The notes beneath the pieces are model-generated. The model was not told the DNA's origin. It did not search any database and saw only the letters and a list, made by a program, of their open reading frames with translations. Shown here piece after piece: positions 28,101 to 40,037 of a stretch of DNA of 64,000 nt; position 1 is the stretch's first letter, and each line of letters begins with the position of its first letter. Where the stretch lies: positions 806,001-870,000 of the forward strand of contig OZ218951.1 in NCBI GenBank assembly GCA_965112735.1. The letters are read 5' to 3'. The position numbers and the translations under genes were made by a program. Origin of the DNA: Phaeosaccion multiseriatum. Taxonomy: Eukaryota; Protista; Ochrophyta, other classes.

Positions 28101-31100
28101 AGTGGTGCAGCCGCCACCGCCTGGTGTGCGTGCGTGTGTGTTTGTGTGTGTGTGTGCGTGTGTGTGCGTGTGTGTGCGTGTGTGTATGTGTGTATGTGTG
28201 TGTGAGAGAGAGTTGGTGAGTGGGGGGGGGGGGCAGAGGGTGGCTGCCTGACTGCCCATACGCTTGCTTGCCTGCCTATATGCCTGCCTATATGCCTGCC
28301 CATATGCCTGCCCATATTCTTGCCCATATGCCTGCCTTACTCACCCCCGGAGCAGGATGAGGAGTTGCCTCTAAAGCCGGTGATTATTGCGGGGCTGTAG
28401 GAGGTGTTGTCGGCGGACCACGGGCTATCCTGCCCTCCGACGGTTACAGAATACGAGTGCTCAAACCTGGCGTGCGCACGGTAAGGACAAGGATAGAGAC
28501 AGGTGAAGGAGGAGAGATGAAGGGAGAGGGAGAGAGACCCACCACACGGAAAGAACCAAGCCCTCACTCACTCACTCACTCACTCACTCACTCACTCCCT
28601 CACTCACTCACTCACTCACTCACTCACTCACTCACTCACTCACTCACTCACTCACTCATTCACTCACTCACTCACTCACTCACTCACTCACTCACTCACT
28701 CACTCACTCACTCACTCACGCACTCTCTCACTCACCCGACCCCCTCAGCAGAGCTGCACGCCATCGCCGAGTCGTTAAGCACTCGGCAGGAGGTGAGGTT
28801 GAGACGCTGCCCGGCCAGGCCCTGCAGGGTGGGGTTCAGCATGGTTGAGGAGGGTAGGTTGAACCCTTCTTCCTCCTCCATCATCCCGGAGCTGCTGCTG
28901 CTGCTGGTGGTGGTGATACCAGGACGGCCGGTCACAGATGGCGGTCCGAAGTACCTCCCCGTGAGGGTGATGTCTTCCCCGCCCTTGGTGGAGAGCAGTG
29001 CGGTGGAGATGGAGCTGGGGGCCGAAACCGTCAGGATAGAGGGGGTATGGTACGAAGAGGATGACAAAGAGGATGATGACGATGACGACGGCCCCCACTG
29101 TCCTCCTACACGTGCGCTCCAGGTGTGGTTCCTGCCCACCCCGGGGGAGGTAACACAGTGCATCTCCGTATGGGCAACGGTAACCACACAGGAAGAGGCG
29201 TTGAGAGAGGAGGCACTCGATCCGAAGGCGGCCAGATCCGTGTTCTCGTACGAAGCATACACGAGGTTGGGTTGGTTGGGCTGGTTGGGGTCCGAGACCG
29301 GGCCCAAGTGGTCCCCCGTGACTCGAAGCGTGTCGTTTCCAAGCGTGTCCAGGCCGTGGAGGGACGCGAGGGAGGGGTAGAGAGGGGCGAGGCCGTCGAT
29401 GGAAGGCGGGGTGTAGAAGCTCGTGGTGTCAGGACTGGTGCTGTCGCTAGTTGGGCCCCACTGATGCCCAACCTCGACGCTCCAGACTTGTGAGTATCCT
29501 ACTCCCTCTGCTGAGATGCATTCCATTTGGGTGTGATCGATGGTGACTTGGCACGTTGTGGCGTTGAATAGGGAGCCGCCCAGGCCATCCTCGGAAGGCC
29601 AGTTTGAAGAGCGATAGCTGGCATTGACCTTTGGAGGGGAGGGGAGGGGAGGGGAGGGGAGGGGAGAAGAGGGGAGGGGAGGTAACGAGAGAGGAGGGGA
29701 GGGGAGGGGAGGAGAGACGAGGAGAAGGAAGGGTAAGTGATGGGAGGCAGGCATCATGGTAGGGAGAACCGAGGTCTGAAACGCACATTCACTTCCCCTC
29801 CCCTCCCTTCCCCTCCCTCCTCCTGCGCCACTCGGGTAGGTAGCTCAGTCGTCGTCCCCTTACCTCGTTACCGCTGCTAACTGGGCCGAAGTTGCTGCCC
29901 GTAAGCGTCACGGTCTCCCCCCCCCTTGTATCAAGTCCTTCGGAGGGGAAGTCGAGGCCGCTAATCTCCGGAGTGGTGTAGCTGATGGAGGCCGTGCTGA
30001 TGGAGCTGTGAAGTGCGAAAGGTGAAGAGTCAAGAGGTCGGTGGGTTAGTTGGGCATGGATGGGAGGGGAGGGGAGGGGAAGCACAGCGCTGATGCATGT
30101 CTGTATGGGTACATTTGCATATTCTCATGTGCAAGCCTCTCAGCCCGTATTGTCTCTGACCTGTTCTGCCCTCCCACGGTGACCATCCAAAGCAGGCCGT
30201 GGCCCACTCCGGCCTCTGTGGCGCATGCCAGCTCGGAGTCCGATGAAACCGTGCACGCCACCTGAAGGGGGAGAGGGAGGGGAGGGAGGGCCGACAGCGA
30301 AGGGTGGCGGGGCAGGCAGGTGGAGAGAGAGGGAGGGAGAGGGAGAGAGGGAGAGAAAGAGAGGAGAAAGGGGTGTAAGCATCCGTAGATCCACACACAC
30401 ACAGAGACAGCGCTCATCTCTCTCCTGCTTGCGGGCCCTCTTTGCCGCTCCAAGCATGCTTCACACGGCAAGTGACGCACACGCTCCTCTCCCCCCCGGG
30501 GTGGCAGGTGTACAATGCACCGCAGTGAGTGTATCGTCGTTCAACGTAAGACACTACAAGTCCCCTCCCCCCAACTCCCTATCTCCCCTCCCTCCCCTCC
30601 ATTCCCCACTCACCTCGTGAAGGTCGCTGGCGATGCCCGTGAGGCCCTCCCCGGCCTTGTAGTAGGCCACAACGGCGTTGCTCGCGTCTGCGGGGCCAAA
30701 GGAGTCACCCACAACCTTGTAGTAGGCCACAACGGCGTTGCTCGCGTCTGCGGGGCCAAAGGAGTCACCCACAACCACCACCGTGTCGCTCCCGTCCGTC
30801 GCGATGGACGCAGGGGAGGCGAAGGAGGCGACGGAAGGGGGCTCGTAACTCGAATACGCACTCGCCAGCACAGCCGAATCCTGCCCGTCCACCGTGATGT
30901 ACCAGTAATGCTCCTTCCCCACCCCAGCGGGGTAGGCGCAGACGGCCTCTGAGTGCGAGACGGACACTGAGCAGGGCGCGTCGAAGAGCAGGCCGGAGTA
31001 TGCGTCTACGCCGTCGCTGTTCTGGAAGTGTGCAGTCACGCTGGCCGCGGAGGCCGTCGAGCCGAGCGAGGTTCCTGTGAGGGTGATGGTCCCGCCCTCA

Positions 31101-34100
31101 GTGTCCAGGGCATCAGCGTTGCTCCCCAGGCTGTCGAGGGTAGGAGCGAGGTAGGTAAGCTGGCAGCCTGTCCCGTCGCTGGTGCTGCTGGTGGAGCTGT
31201 CACAGCTGCTGCTCTGGCCCGCAACGGTGACTGTGACTGCATGGTCAGCGCCCGTGCCCTCTGCTGTGGAGCACCGCAGCTCGCTGTCGGATACATGGGT
31301 GCAGCTGCCGAAGGAGTACTCCTCTCCATCGCCATAACTGGCTGCGTCTAGGTAGGCCTCCGAGGGGCCAAAGTAGTTGCCTGTGATGGTCACTTCCTCA
31401 CCCCCCGCCGTATCGAGGCCTTCCTTCGGACTGAGGCTGTGTATCACGGGCGGCTCGTAGGACAGAGAGGAGGCGATGAGCGTCTGCACCCCTCCCTGCG
31501 TGGACACGTTGAAGGCGAGGTTGACTCCCGCTCCGGGCACGGAGGTACACTCGATGGTGCCCACATCGCTGCTGCTGCTCGTGGCCGCGTCTGTAATCCT
31601 GCAGTCCGTCGCGAGCAGGCTGTACGGCGCCCCGTCTGCCTGGTAGTACACGATGGGGTCGTCCTGTGCATCACCGAGCCAGTAGCCCGTGATGGAGATC
31701 TGAGTGGGCAAAGGCAGAGAGGTTGGGGGTAACAGCGCGACTTCGGGTGAGAAGGCAGGCGCAAAGGACCTGCAATGCGATGTAGAGAGACGGCAAAACC
31801 TTCTCTCTCTCTGTCTCCATCTGTCTCCACCTCTGTCTCCCTCGCTGTCTCTCCCTCTACCTCTTGGCTTCTCCCTCACGAGGGACCCAACAAGGTCAAC
31901 CCAATCCCCCAAGAAATCTTACCGTGTCCCCTCCGGCGGTGTCCAGCAGGGCCGCACTCGCTGTGACGCTCTCCAGGCTGAGGGCAGGTGTGATGACGAG
32001 GCCGGGCAAGCGGCTGTTGTAGGTGGAGGAAAGCTCGTCGATGGGGTAGCCCGACGCGTCTTCTGTACCGAACAGCTCAAATCCCGCCGTGGTCGTCTGA
32101 CGAGCGTCAACAAGTCAATGAGTTTGGCAAGGGAGGAGGTAACGGACAGGAAAGGGGTAGGGCAGGCAGGGCATCAGAGTGGAGAGAAGAGAGCCGAGTG
32201 AAGACAGTCCGCCAGCCCTCCCAGCCGCTCTCTCTCTCTCCATCTCTTGCATGTGTTGGAGCATACCTACCACACACACGCCCCCCTCTCTTGACTACCC
32301 ATGCTCCGCCCTTCTCCTCCCCTCCCCACCCGCTCAGCCCTGCTTACCTCCACAGTGAAGGAGGGGTTGGTAAGAGTCTCCAGCTGCAGCTGAACCTCCG
32401 TGCCCGCGGGAATGGCCGAAGCAGTTGCGCAGCTCACGCGCACAGAGCTCGAGGAGGAGAAGGAGCAGTCCCAGTTCGAGGCCCCGCTCCCCTCCGGGTA
32501 GGACGCGAAGACGACTCCCTTCTCATTGCCGGTGAACTGCCCAAAGCTACTGGGAAAGCGCAGCACGAAAGCCCCTCCGGCCTCGATGTCGCCCGTCCCT
32601 TCGAAGGTCACGTTGCAATAGCCCTTACCCGTGGCCATGTTCTGAGCGTGGGTGACGTGCAGAGCGGCGAAGCGAGGACGGACGGTGGCGAGGAAGGGAG
32701 GGGAGAGGCGATGCCAAGGGTAGAAAGGGAAGGGGATCTTGAGTGAGTAGTGCTTCTTTCTGTGTGACAAAATTGAAAGGAACCTCGACAGACAGGGGTT
32801 CCTCCGGCTCACTCTCTTGCTCCCCTCCTCCCTCCCTCCCTCTCACCGTCTCCAGCGCGACGACGGGGGTAGTGGCGAATGTCCCCGGGATGATCACTGC
32901 CTCCTCCTCGCTCGAGTAGGCGCCCCAGCCCGCAGCGTTCCGGGCCCGCACGGAGAAGGAGTACGTGTCACCCGTGCGGAGGCCGTCCACCTGGAAGCTC
33001 ACCACCACCGCCCCCGACCCCGTGGCGCTCGTGGAGTAGCTGGAGGAGGAGGTGAGGTTGGTCGCCACGCTTCCCACGTCGGACACGTCCGCGTTGTAGT
33101 AGTAGATCATGTAGCCCTCCACGGCGGAACCGCTGTCCTCCGGAACGGTCCAGGAGAGGTCCGCGGCGCCCAGCAAGGAGCTCGGAGAAGCCGCGGACAG
33201 GCCAGTGATGGTTTCCGGCACGTCGTACACCCACAGCGCGTCCGAGGCGAATGCTGTGAGGTCGTTCTTGCTGGAGTCCCCGCTCTGTTCTGCCGACAGG
33301 AAGGTGCCTGCCGAGGAGGAAGAGCTGCTCAGCGCGGTGGTCGAGCACAGCAGGAACAGCGGCTCCGTGCTGGACGTGGCCCCGTCCGCGAAGGTCATGG
33401 TCACCGTCTCGGCGTAGGCAGAGGTGGCGCTGAGCAAGGGAGGGAGGGGAGGGGGGGGGGGGAGCGGTTGGTTGGAACATTCAGTCACAGAGCCAGCAAG
33501 AAGGACACGTAGGTCTTGGGACTTTGTTCTCCCCAGCTCGCTCACTCACGCGCTCAGTCACCCACCCACTTACTCACAGACTCGCTCCCCGGCTCCCTCC
33601 CTCCTTTCCTTCCTTCCTTCCTTCCTTCCTAGTCCCTCCCTCCCTCCCTTCCTCACGCATACACGCATCCTCTCTACCCTCTCTCCAGGAGACGCTTCTC
33701 TTCTCCTTCCTCCTTTGTGCTTGCCAATATGCCTCCGTACCTGCTGCTGGCTCCCTGGTTGGCAAGGAGGCAGGCCGGGTCGCCCCCTCCTACCCCTTCC
33801 ATAGACACGTCCACAGAGGTGGCACTGCCCACGAGAGCCGTGTCCACCTCAAGCGAGAGCGCATACTCCTGGCCCATCTGCACGCCATCGCTGCTCAGCC
33901 CGAAGGGGAAGGCCTCTCCCGTCGCGAAGCGGACGGAAAGCGCCGCCTGTGATGTAAAGAGAGTGGTGGTACATATAGGTGACCCCCGTACGTATGTAAG
34001 CGTCGAGGAGAAGGCGAGGAAAGGGAGGAGGAGGGGCCTCGGAGCTTGGGGCCGAGGGCCTACAGTGGCTGTGCGACTGGCCAGACGACACGCATTCTCT

Positions 34101-35665
34101 CTCTCTCTCTCTCTCTCTCTTACTCACCTCGACTCCCGTCGTGCTCGTGACGGTGGAGCTGGCTACGGTCGACCCCGCTGCGTTGGTCGCGGTCAGCGAA
34201 CACGTGTAGGAGGTGGCCTGAGACAGCCCCTCCACCGAGAGGCTCACAGAAGACGACGACGCGTCTGTGGATGTGGAGCTCTGCGTGCTGGAGGCGCCAT
34301 CGGTGCAGCTGACCTCGTACAGCGTAATGGCCGAGTTGCTGTCGTCTACCTGGGGGAAGGACACAGTGATGGAGCTAGTCGATGTGTCGGTGAGACTCAA
34401 GGTCACGCCCGACGTGTCCGGGACGTCTGAGCAGAGCGAGAGGCATCGTAAGAGGACGATGAATGGAGACGAGACAGAGAGATGAGGGAGGAAGAGAGAG
34501 AGATTGGCGACAGAGGAAGAGAGAGGGAGGGATGAGAGATTCGAGACATAGGGAGAGAGAGCACGCACGTCACTACGGCTTCTAGAGGAGAGAGGCCCGC
34601 GCCGATAGGTTTGCCCCCCTCCACACACAAGCACACCCACCCACCCACCCACCCACCCGTGCCGTACGTACCATACACGAGGAGGCTCGTCAGCGCCCCA
34701 CCGGATACATCATTGCCCGAGCTTGAAGATTCTGTAACCGTCAGGACGGGCCCTGAGGCGTACGCTGCCGTGCAGAGCACATAGGCGTCTGCCGTGTCGT
34801 CACTTCCCTCTGCAAAGGCCAGAGAGAGGGAGGAGGAGCTGTAGCTCGCAGCGGCATTGGACGCAGTCATCGCCGAGTCCCCTAGGAAGCAGTCAAAGCT
34901 CCCGCTGCCACTGAGCGCCACGTCTGCATCGAAGGCCAGGTGGTCGGAGCCGCTCCAAGCGACCCGAACGCCGTAGAGCGTGTCGATTTGCAGCCCGTCG
35001 GTGTCGTGGTTGACGGTCGAGCCGAAGCTACTGTCGTACACGGCCAGAGACAGCGCCCCTGTGGCCCCCGTGGTGAAGGAGGCCTCCCCGGCCGAGGACT
35101 CCGCGCCGTCGCTGCTTAGCGTGACCACCGAGAAGGCGTAACTCTGGTACTCGTCCAGCCCGCTAAAGGAGAAGGACGTGGACGCCGCTGTCGTGCTTCC
35201 CTGCAGCGCCCCGTCGAGGTAGACGCGGTAGGCATCTATGCTACTACTCACCCCATTTACGGCCCCTGTCTCTGACGGCGCTGTCCACTCGATCATTGCA
35301 CCCGAGGTGGTCAGGGCCGTGACGCTGAGGTCTGTGGGCTCGCCGGGGTCCACTGGAGCCACTGGTGCTTGCGTCGGGGCCACGGTGGGGGCTAGCGTGG
35401 GCGCCGTGGTGGGTGCGACAGTGGGTGCGAAAGTGGGTGCGATAGTGGGTGCAATAGTAGGAGTGACTGTGGGTGCGAAAGTGGGTGCAATAGTAGGTGT
35501 AGTAGTAGGAGTGACTGTGGGTGCTGCTGTAGGTGCTGCCGTCGGGTTTGCTGTGGACGGTGCTGGTGATGGCGGCCCACCAGGGCTTGCCGCTGCGATG
35601 GAGAGCAAGTACAGCAGCACCGCTACCCACCCCCATGATGAGAATGGCTGCATGCGGGGCGCCAT
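1..35665 (-). CDS. Gene A: giant multi-exon cell-surface multi-pass membrane protein (signal peptide, PT repeats, 3 FN3, ~26 IPT/TIG-like repeats, DUF2341-like, Cys-rich, TRP-like TM region, long cytoplasmic tail); 3' end beyond window
   Basis: Hand-traced exons with in-phase splice sites: 35665-34672, 34426-34128, 33946-33741, 33429-32847, 32641-32348, 32096-31923, 31699-30614, 30261-30161, 30005-29864, 29628-28736, 28466-28345, 28120-27836, 27320-27229, 26933-26038, 25817-25706, 25430-25220, 24968-24648, 24396-24278, 23805-23739, 23376-23183, 22851-21962, 21613-21433, 21256-21182, 20944-20639, 20469-20250, 19988-19245, 18687-18470, 18018-17773, 17349-17190, 17058-16103, 15820-15537, 15186-14887, 14637-14456, 14141-11386, 11045-10563, 10355-9957, 9682-8600, 8174-8018, 7714-7419, 7102-6931, 6745-6411, 6076-5660, 5324-4517, 4165-4040, 3782-3649, 3428-3279, 3008-2826, 2430-2338, 2012-<1. 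Total about 21.6 kb CDS, >7,180 aa. The N-terminus [26 protein letters not shown] looks like a signal peptide. The last exon appears open to the window edge, which would explain its absence from the ORF track. Confidence 0.85.
2230..2313. promoter_or_regulatory. Cluster of four TGACGTCA (CRE / bZIP-type) palindromes in an intron of gene A
   Basis: Exact sites at 2230, 2267, 2293 and 2306. Function is inferred only. Confidence 0.4.
2555..2658. repeat. 34-bp minisatellite x3 (intronic)
   Basis: AACACGAATAGTATGAGCAAGGAGGTAACGAGAT at 2555, 2589 and 2623, head to tail with no spacers. Confidence 0.95.
3529..3622. repeat. (CA)n/(GT)n microsatellite, intronic; similar arrays at 10482-10562, 18776-18865, 49057-49230, 55267-55545 and 59864-59908
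   Basis: Seen directly. Confidence 0.95.
4166..4516 (-). other. Probable GC-AG intron of gene A
   Basis: The donor CAG|GCAAGG gives in-phase VFQA-G-FALTF. The nearby GTGAGA donor is out of phase with the acceptor at 4166. Confidence 0.65.
5490..5659. repeat. (CACT)n/(GAGT)n microsatellite, intronic; similar arrays at 14262-14455, 20038-20250, 27330-27705 and 28562-28735
   Basis: Seen directly. Confidence 0.95.
5840..6610 (-). other. Gene A juxtamembrane Cys-rich region (ephrin-receptor-like / GCC2_GCC3-type and laminin-EGF-like repeats)
   Basis: [62 protein letters not shown]. Confidence 0.8.
8375..8590. repeat. (CCCT)n/(GGGA)n microsatellite, intronic; similar arrays at 11285-11365, 24405-24545, 47355-47420 and 57462-57625
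   Basis: Seen directly. Confidence 0.95.
13700..14100 (-). other. Gene A DUF2341-like domain
   Basis: [37 protein letters not shown]...[12 protein letters not shown]...TTLYYSHG matches the DUF2341 pattern as I recall it. Confidence 0.65.
17505..17735. repeat. Intronic minisatellite with core GAGAGGCGGAGAGTCAGGCAGAGAGA, about 5 copies embedded in (GA)n
   Basis: Seen directly. Confidence 0.85.
18930..19212. repeat. (GACA)n microsatellite, intronic
   Basis: Seen directly. Confidence 0.95.
30655..30776. repeat. 60-bp exact in-frame tandem duplication in exon 7 of gene A only
   Basis: [20 protein letters not shown] is present twice in A (lines 30661 and 30721 repeat) and once in B (about 45555-45615). 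Confidence 0.95.
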
Positions 35666-36288
35666 CGCTCTATAGCACTGGATCTGTCCGCTTTAGCAGA
35701 TGCACTACGGCAGTGAACAGGGGTGGAGGGTGGATATGTTTAGAATGGGTTGGGGGACGCGAATGAGCTCTCGTTAAGTCGGCCACTTCTTACCCAACGT
35801 AGGTCGCTGAACCACCTTGTCAGGCCAGACAGCACAGCTTGCCTGACTCACCTGTCTGTGGATCCGCGCCATGCTATTCCCTCCCTCCTCGCCACTATTG
35901 TTGGGGGGCTCCTGAATCGGTCTTAAGGTAGACAGCAGCAGCCAATAAGGCTCGACCAAAGCCTATAGCCTGAATGGCTTCCCCTGTGACTCTCTTAAAG
36001 CCTCACCGGGTCCTGGAAGTGGGAAGATAAGCCTCACTCCCACCTCAAAATCTAATCTCTGGCCGGCGGGAGATACCCCACGCCACTGCCAACTTTTCTC
36101 ACTCAACTACGGACGAAGAGGAACAGCAACCGCAGCTGCTACTGATCAGATAGGAAAGAATGGGACTGATGTACTGGTGTCCCCAGCAATGTCGCGCTGG
36201 CCTCCCCCTCTGCTATCGTGTTCAAGTGCCTGAGAATCCGTTAGGTCGCCCGTATGCCTCTAATTCATTGACTTCTTCTGACAACCTT
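35666..36288 (-). promoter_or_regulatory. Putative promoter/5'UTR of gene A, duplicated upstream of gene B
   Basis: Positional inference only: non-coding DNA directly upstream of the ATG, essentially identical to 40038-40662. Confidence 0.45.
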
Positions 36289-36549
36289 CCAAACAAATGA
36301 ACAAATCCCAAATCCACCAACTCAAAGGATTTGGATTTTCCACCCCGATCCACCCCCCCCCCCTCTTAAAACCACTTTGAGGGGCTTCCCTTTAGCTAGT
36401 TCCTTAGAGGTAGAGGAGAGACCACCGACGCATTTTCAGCGGCAGGCAGAAGCAGCAGCGAGGCATTCAAAGTTGTTTGGAGGCTTCCCTAGTATCGAAG
36501 AAGAGAAAGGAAATTGTTCAAGTCTTCAAGGACACGACTGGAGCCTTGG

Positions 36550-37040
36550 AGGGAAGCCATGCGAGAAGTGTGGAGAGTTGAGGGATGCAAGAAAAAAAGG
36601 GAAGCAGGGAGGATTGTGTGTCTCCTATGGAGCTGTGAGGGAGACGTGGTCTGTCGAGGGGTGTAAAAGGCATCGAGTCCAGGGAGGGTTGTGTACTCCC
36701 CATAGAGCTGTGAGGAAGAGGTGCTCTGTCGAGGGGTGTGACATGTATATTAGAGCTTATGGGCTCAGTATTGGCGCGCTTGAGGTGAGTGGTAACCATG
36801 AAAAGACGTGCGGGAGGAGAGGAGGGCGATGGTGGTAGGGGGGGGGAGGAGGAAAGGATAAAAGGGTGTGAACACCGTCGGATCAAGGGAGGATTATGCA
36901 GGGCCCACGGAGCTCCAGTCAAGAGGTGTAGCGAAGGGGGCTGCGACAAGCACGCTCGAGCTGGCTTGGGTGGGATGTGCATGAGACACGCACGAATGAA
37001 GCGAGAGAGAGCAGAGCCGCAGGATGGGGGGCTTCAATGA
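36550..37040 (+). pseudogene. Degenerate WRKY19-like (CxxxxC..GLCxxH) zinc-finger repeat gene or pseudogene
   Basis: Repeats WSVEGCKRHRVQGGLCTPH, RCSVEGCDMYIRAYGLSIG, KGCEHRRIKGGLCRAHG and RCSEGGCDKHARAGLGGMCMRH are split across two frames (36377-36838, 36789-37040). Several Zn ligands are lost (C>W, C>S, H>Y). I found no in-phase intron joining the frames. Confidence 0.55.
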
Positions 37041-38076
37041 AAACCTGGACCCAAGCGACGAGCTGCGACCGATATCCGTGTGAGAGAAGGGAAGAGGGCA
37101 AGACTTCCAACCAAGGAAGATGATGCGGAGAAAGGGGGACAGGGGGAGGAGAGAGGGGAAGGGTTGATTGCAGGGCTGGGGCTCCATGTCGGGGACGAGA
37201 TTCAGTTACCCGCGGCTCTGTGGAGGGAGCTGAATGGTGGTGGGGCTGAGGCTGCCCCAGTCTGCCTGGGCCACAGTCGAGACACAGAGCTTTTGAATGG
37301 CGTGGTGGTGACTGTGGGCCGGAGGAAGGTGGGACTACTGCCCTACTTTGCGGTCCGCACCAAGAGAAAGGGGGCCAGCCTGAAGAGCATTGTTGGAGAC
37401 TATGTGTCTTCCTGCCTCCGGTATCACTCGGGGGGAGGGGCTGATGGTGCTGATGATGAGCAGCAGGATGAATGGGCGGTACCGGGGGAGAGCATGGTGA
37501 CGGCGAGTGAGAGGAAGAGGCGCGGACGGAAGGCGCTGCGAGCGTGCGTGCGTGTCTGGACTTGAGACCCTGATGAGGCACGACCCTGATGAGGCACGAC
37601 CCCACCCTGTGCTGTCCCCGCTCCATACAGTGAGTCGCCCTTGTGGACGGGCCAACCTTGCCACCCTACCTGACCATCACACGGTACCTCCCTACTTTCC
37701 TACTTGTAGATACATAGATTTAAATACTAAACTTGAGGACAGAGCGAAGCGGATGTCAAGTCATCCCCAAGAGCAAGAGAGGGAGGCTGTACAATAAGAA
37801 ATCGGCGAGTCGCCTGTTTATTCATTTTTTAGAAAAGAGTGTGTATGCTGCTGCTATGCGCACACTTCCTGACTTTCTCTTTACAAAGAGGATATCCAAA
37901 GAGTGAGCAGCTGGTTTAAAGTGATAATGGCGGGAGCGGAATTTGCGTTTCACCTCTATAATTCGCTGACTCACTTTCTCCCCTCTACTCACTCGACTTT
38001 TAATTACAAAATTAACACCGCACAGCCCCAGAGCCTCCCACCAACCTACCAAGCTCCTGCAGCCTAATAGCCGACA

Positions 38077-39478
<1,402 letters not shown>

Positions 39479-40037
39479 GCTTGACGATGGCACCAGATGG
39501 ACACACGGGGTGGTCCTCTTACGTCTTGTAAGCTGCTTTGGTCTCCTGCGTGTGAGTGGGGCATGGGCCCGCTCCAGCTGCTGTGCTGCTAAAGACGGGA
39601 AAGTTATGCGCGCTGGGGTGAGCTCCTCCTCCTGCGCGTGAAGCCTGTGGTGCGGCCCGACGGGGAGGGAGGGGAGCCCTCCTCGTCTTTGCTGAGGGAG
39701 AGGGGGGGGGTTGGGGAGGGTGCCGAGGAAATGGGAATGGGCTGAAGAAGGGAAGACCCCCTGCGGGTTTCCTGCCTGGATAGACAGTTACACACTGGAG
39801 GAAGTGCCTTCCCGTTTCGCCTTACTGCTCCTCCCTCTTTCCAGCCTGCACTCGCCTAGTCGTGTGCAAAAGCTGTTGTAAATACTTCCACACAATTATT
39901 TAAATGTACAAAGACATAAAAACTGTTCCTCCGAAGACTCTTCTCTAGAAAAAAGTAGTATGTACACATGTAACAAAAAAATCCTTGAGTAGAATTGGTG
40001 GTTGGTGAGAAACTTTGATGATTGATCAAACTTTGAC

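Larger units (their letters stand above)
14887..31960 (-). repeat. Gene A array of IPT/TIG-like protein repeats (about 23 long units plus 3 canonical IPT)
   Basis: Recurrent unit SY.PP.I...L.T.GG..V.+.G..FGP...N.V.A.Y...C.V...HT.M.C.T..GVG..H.W.V.VGGQ. Confidence 0.8.
29975..36288. repeat. Left arm of a ~6.3 kb inverted repeat
   Basis: Reverse complement of 40038-46330. Inner end ...GACTTCTTCTGACAACCTT at 36288, outer end in exon 9 ([10 protein letters not shown]). ORF-track translations mirror between the arms, e.g. 34403-35665(-) = 40663-41925(+) and 32625-33545(-) = 42785-43705(+). Confidence 0.97.

Noticed and set aside
34081-34127. Apparent frameshift between the A and B ORFs near exon 2
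   Set aside because: The 2-bp (GA)n difference is intronic and does not affect the spliced frame.
35774-35959. 61-aa ORF and its mirror at 40369-40554 as a conserved small protein
   Set aside because: Non-ATG start, and the identity simply reflects the inverted repeat.
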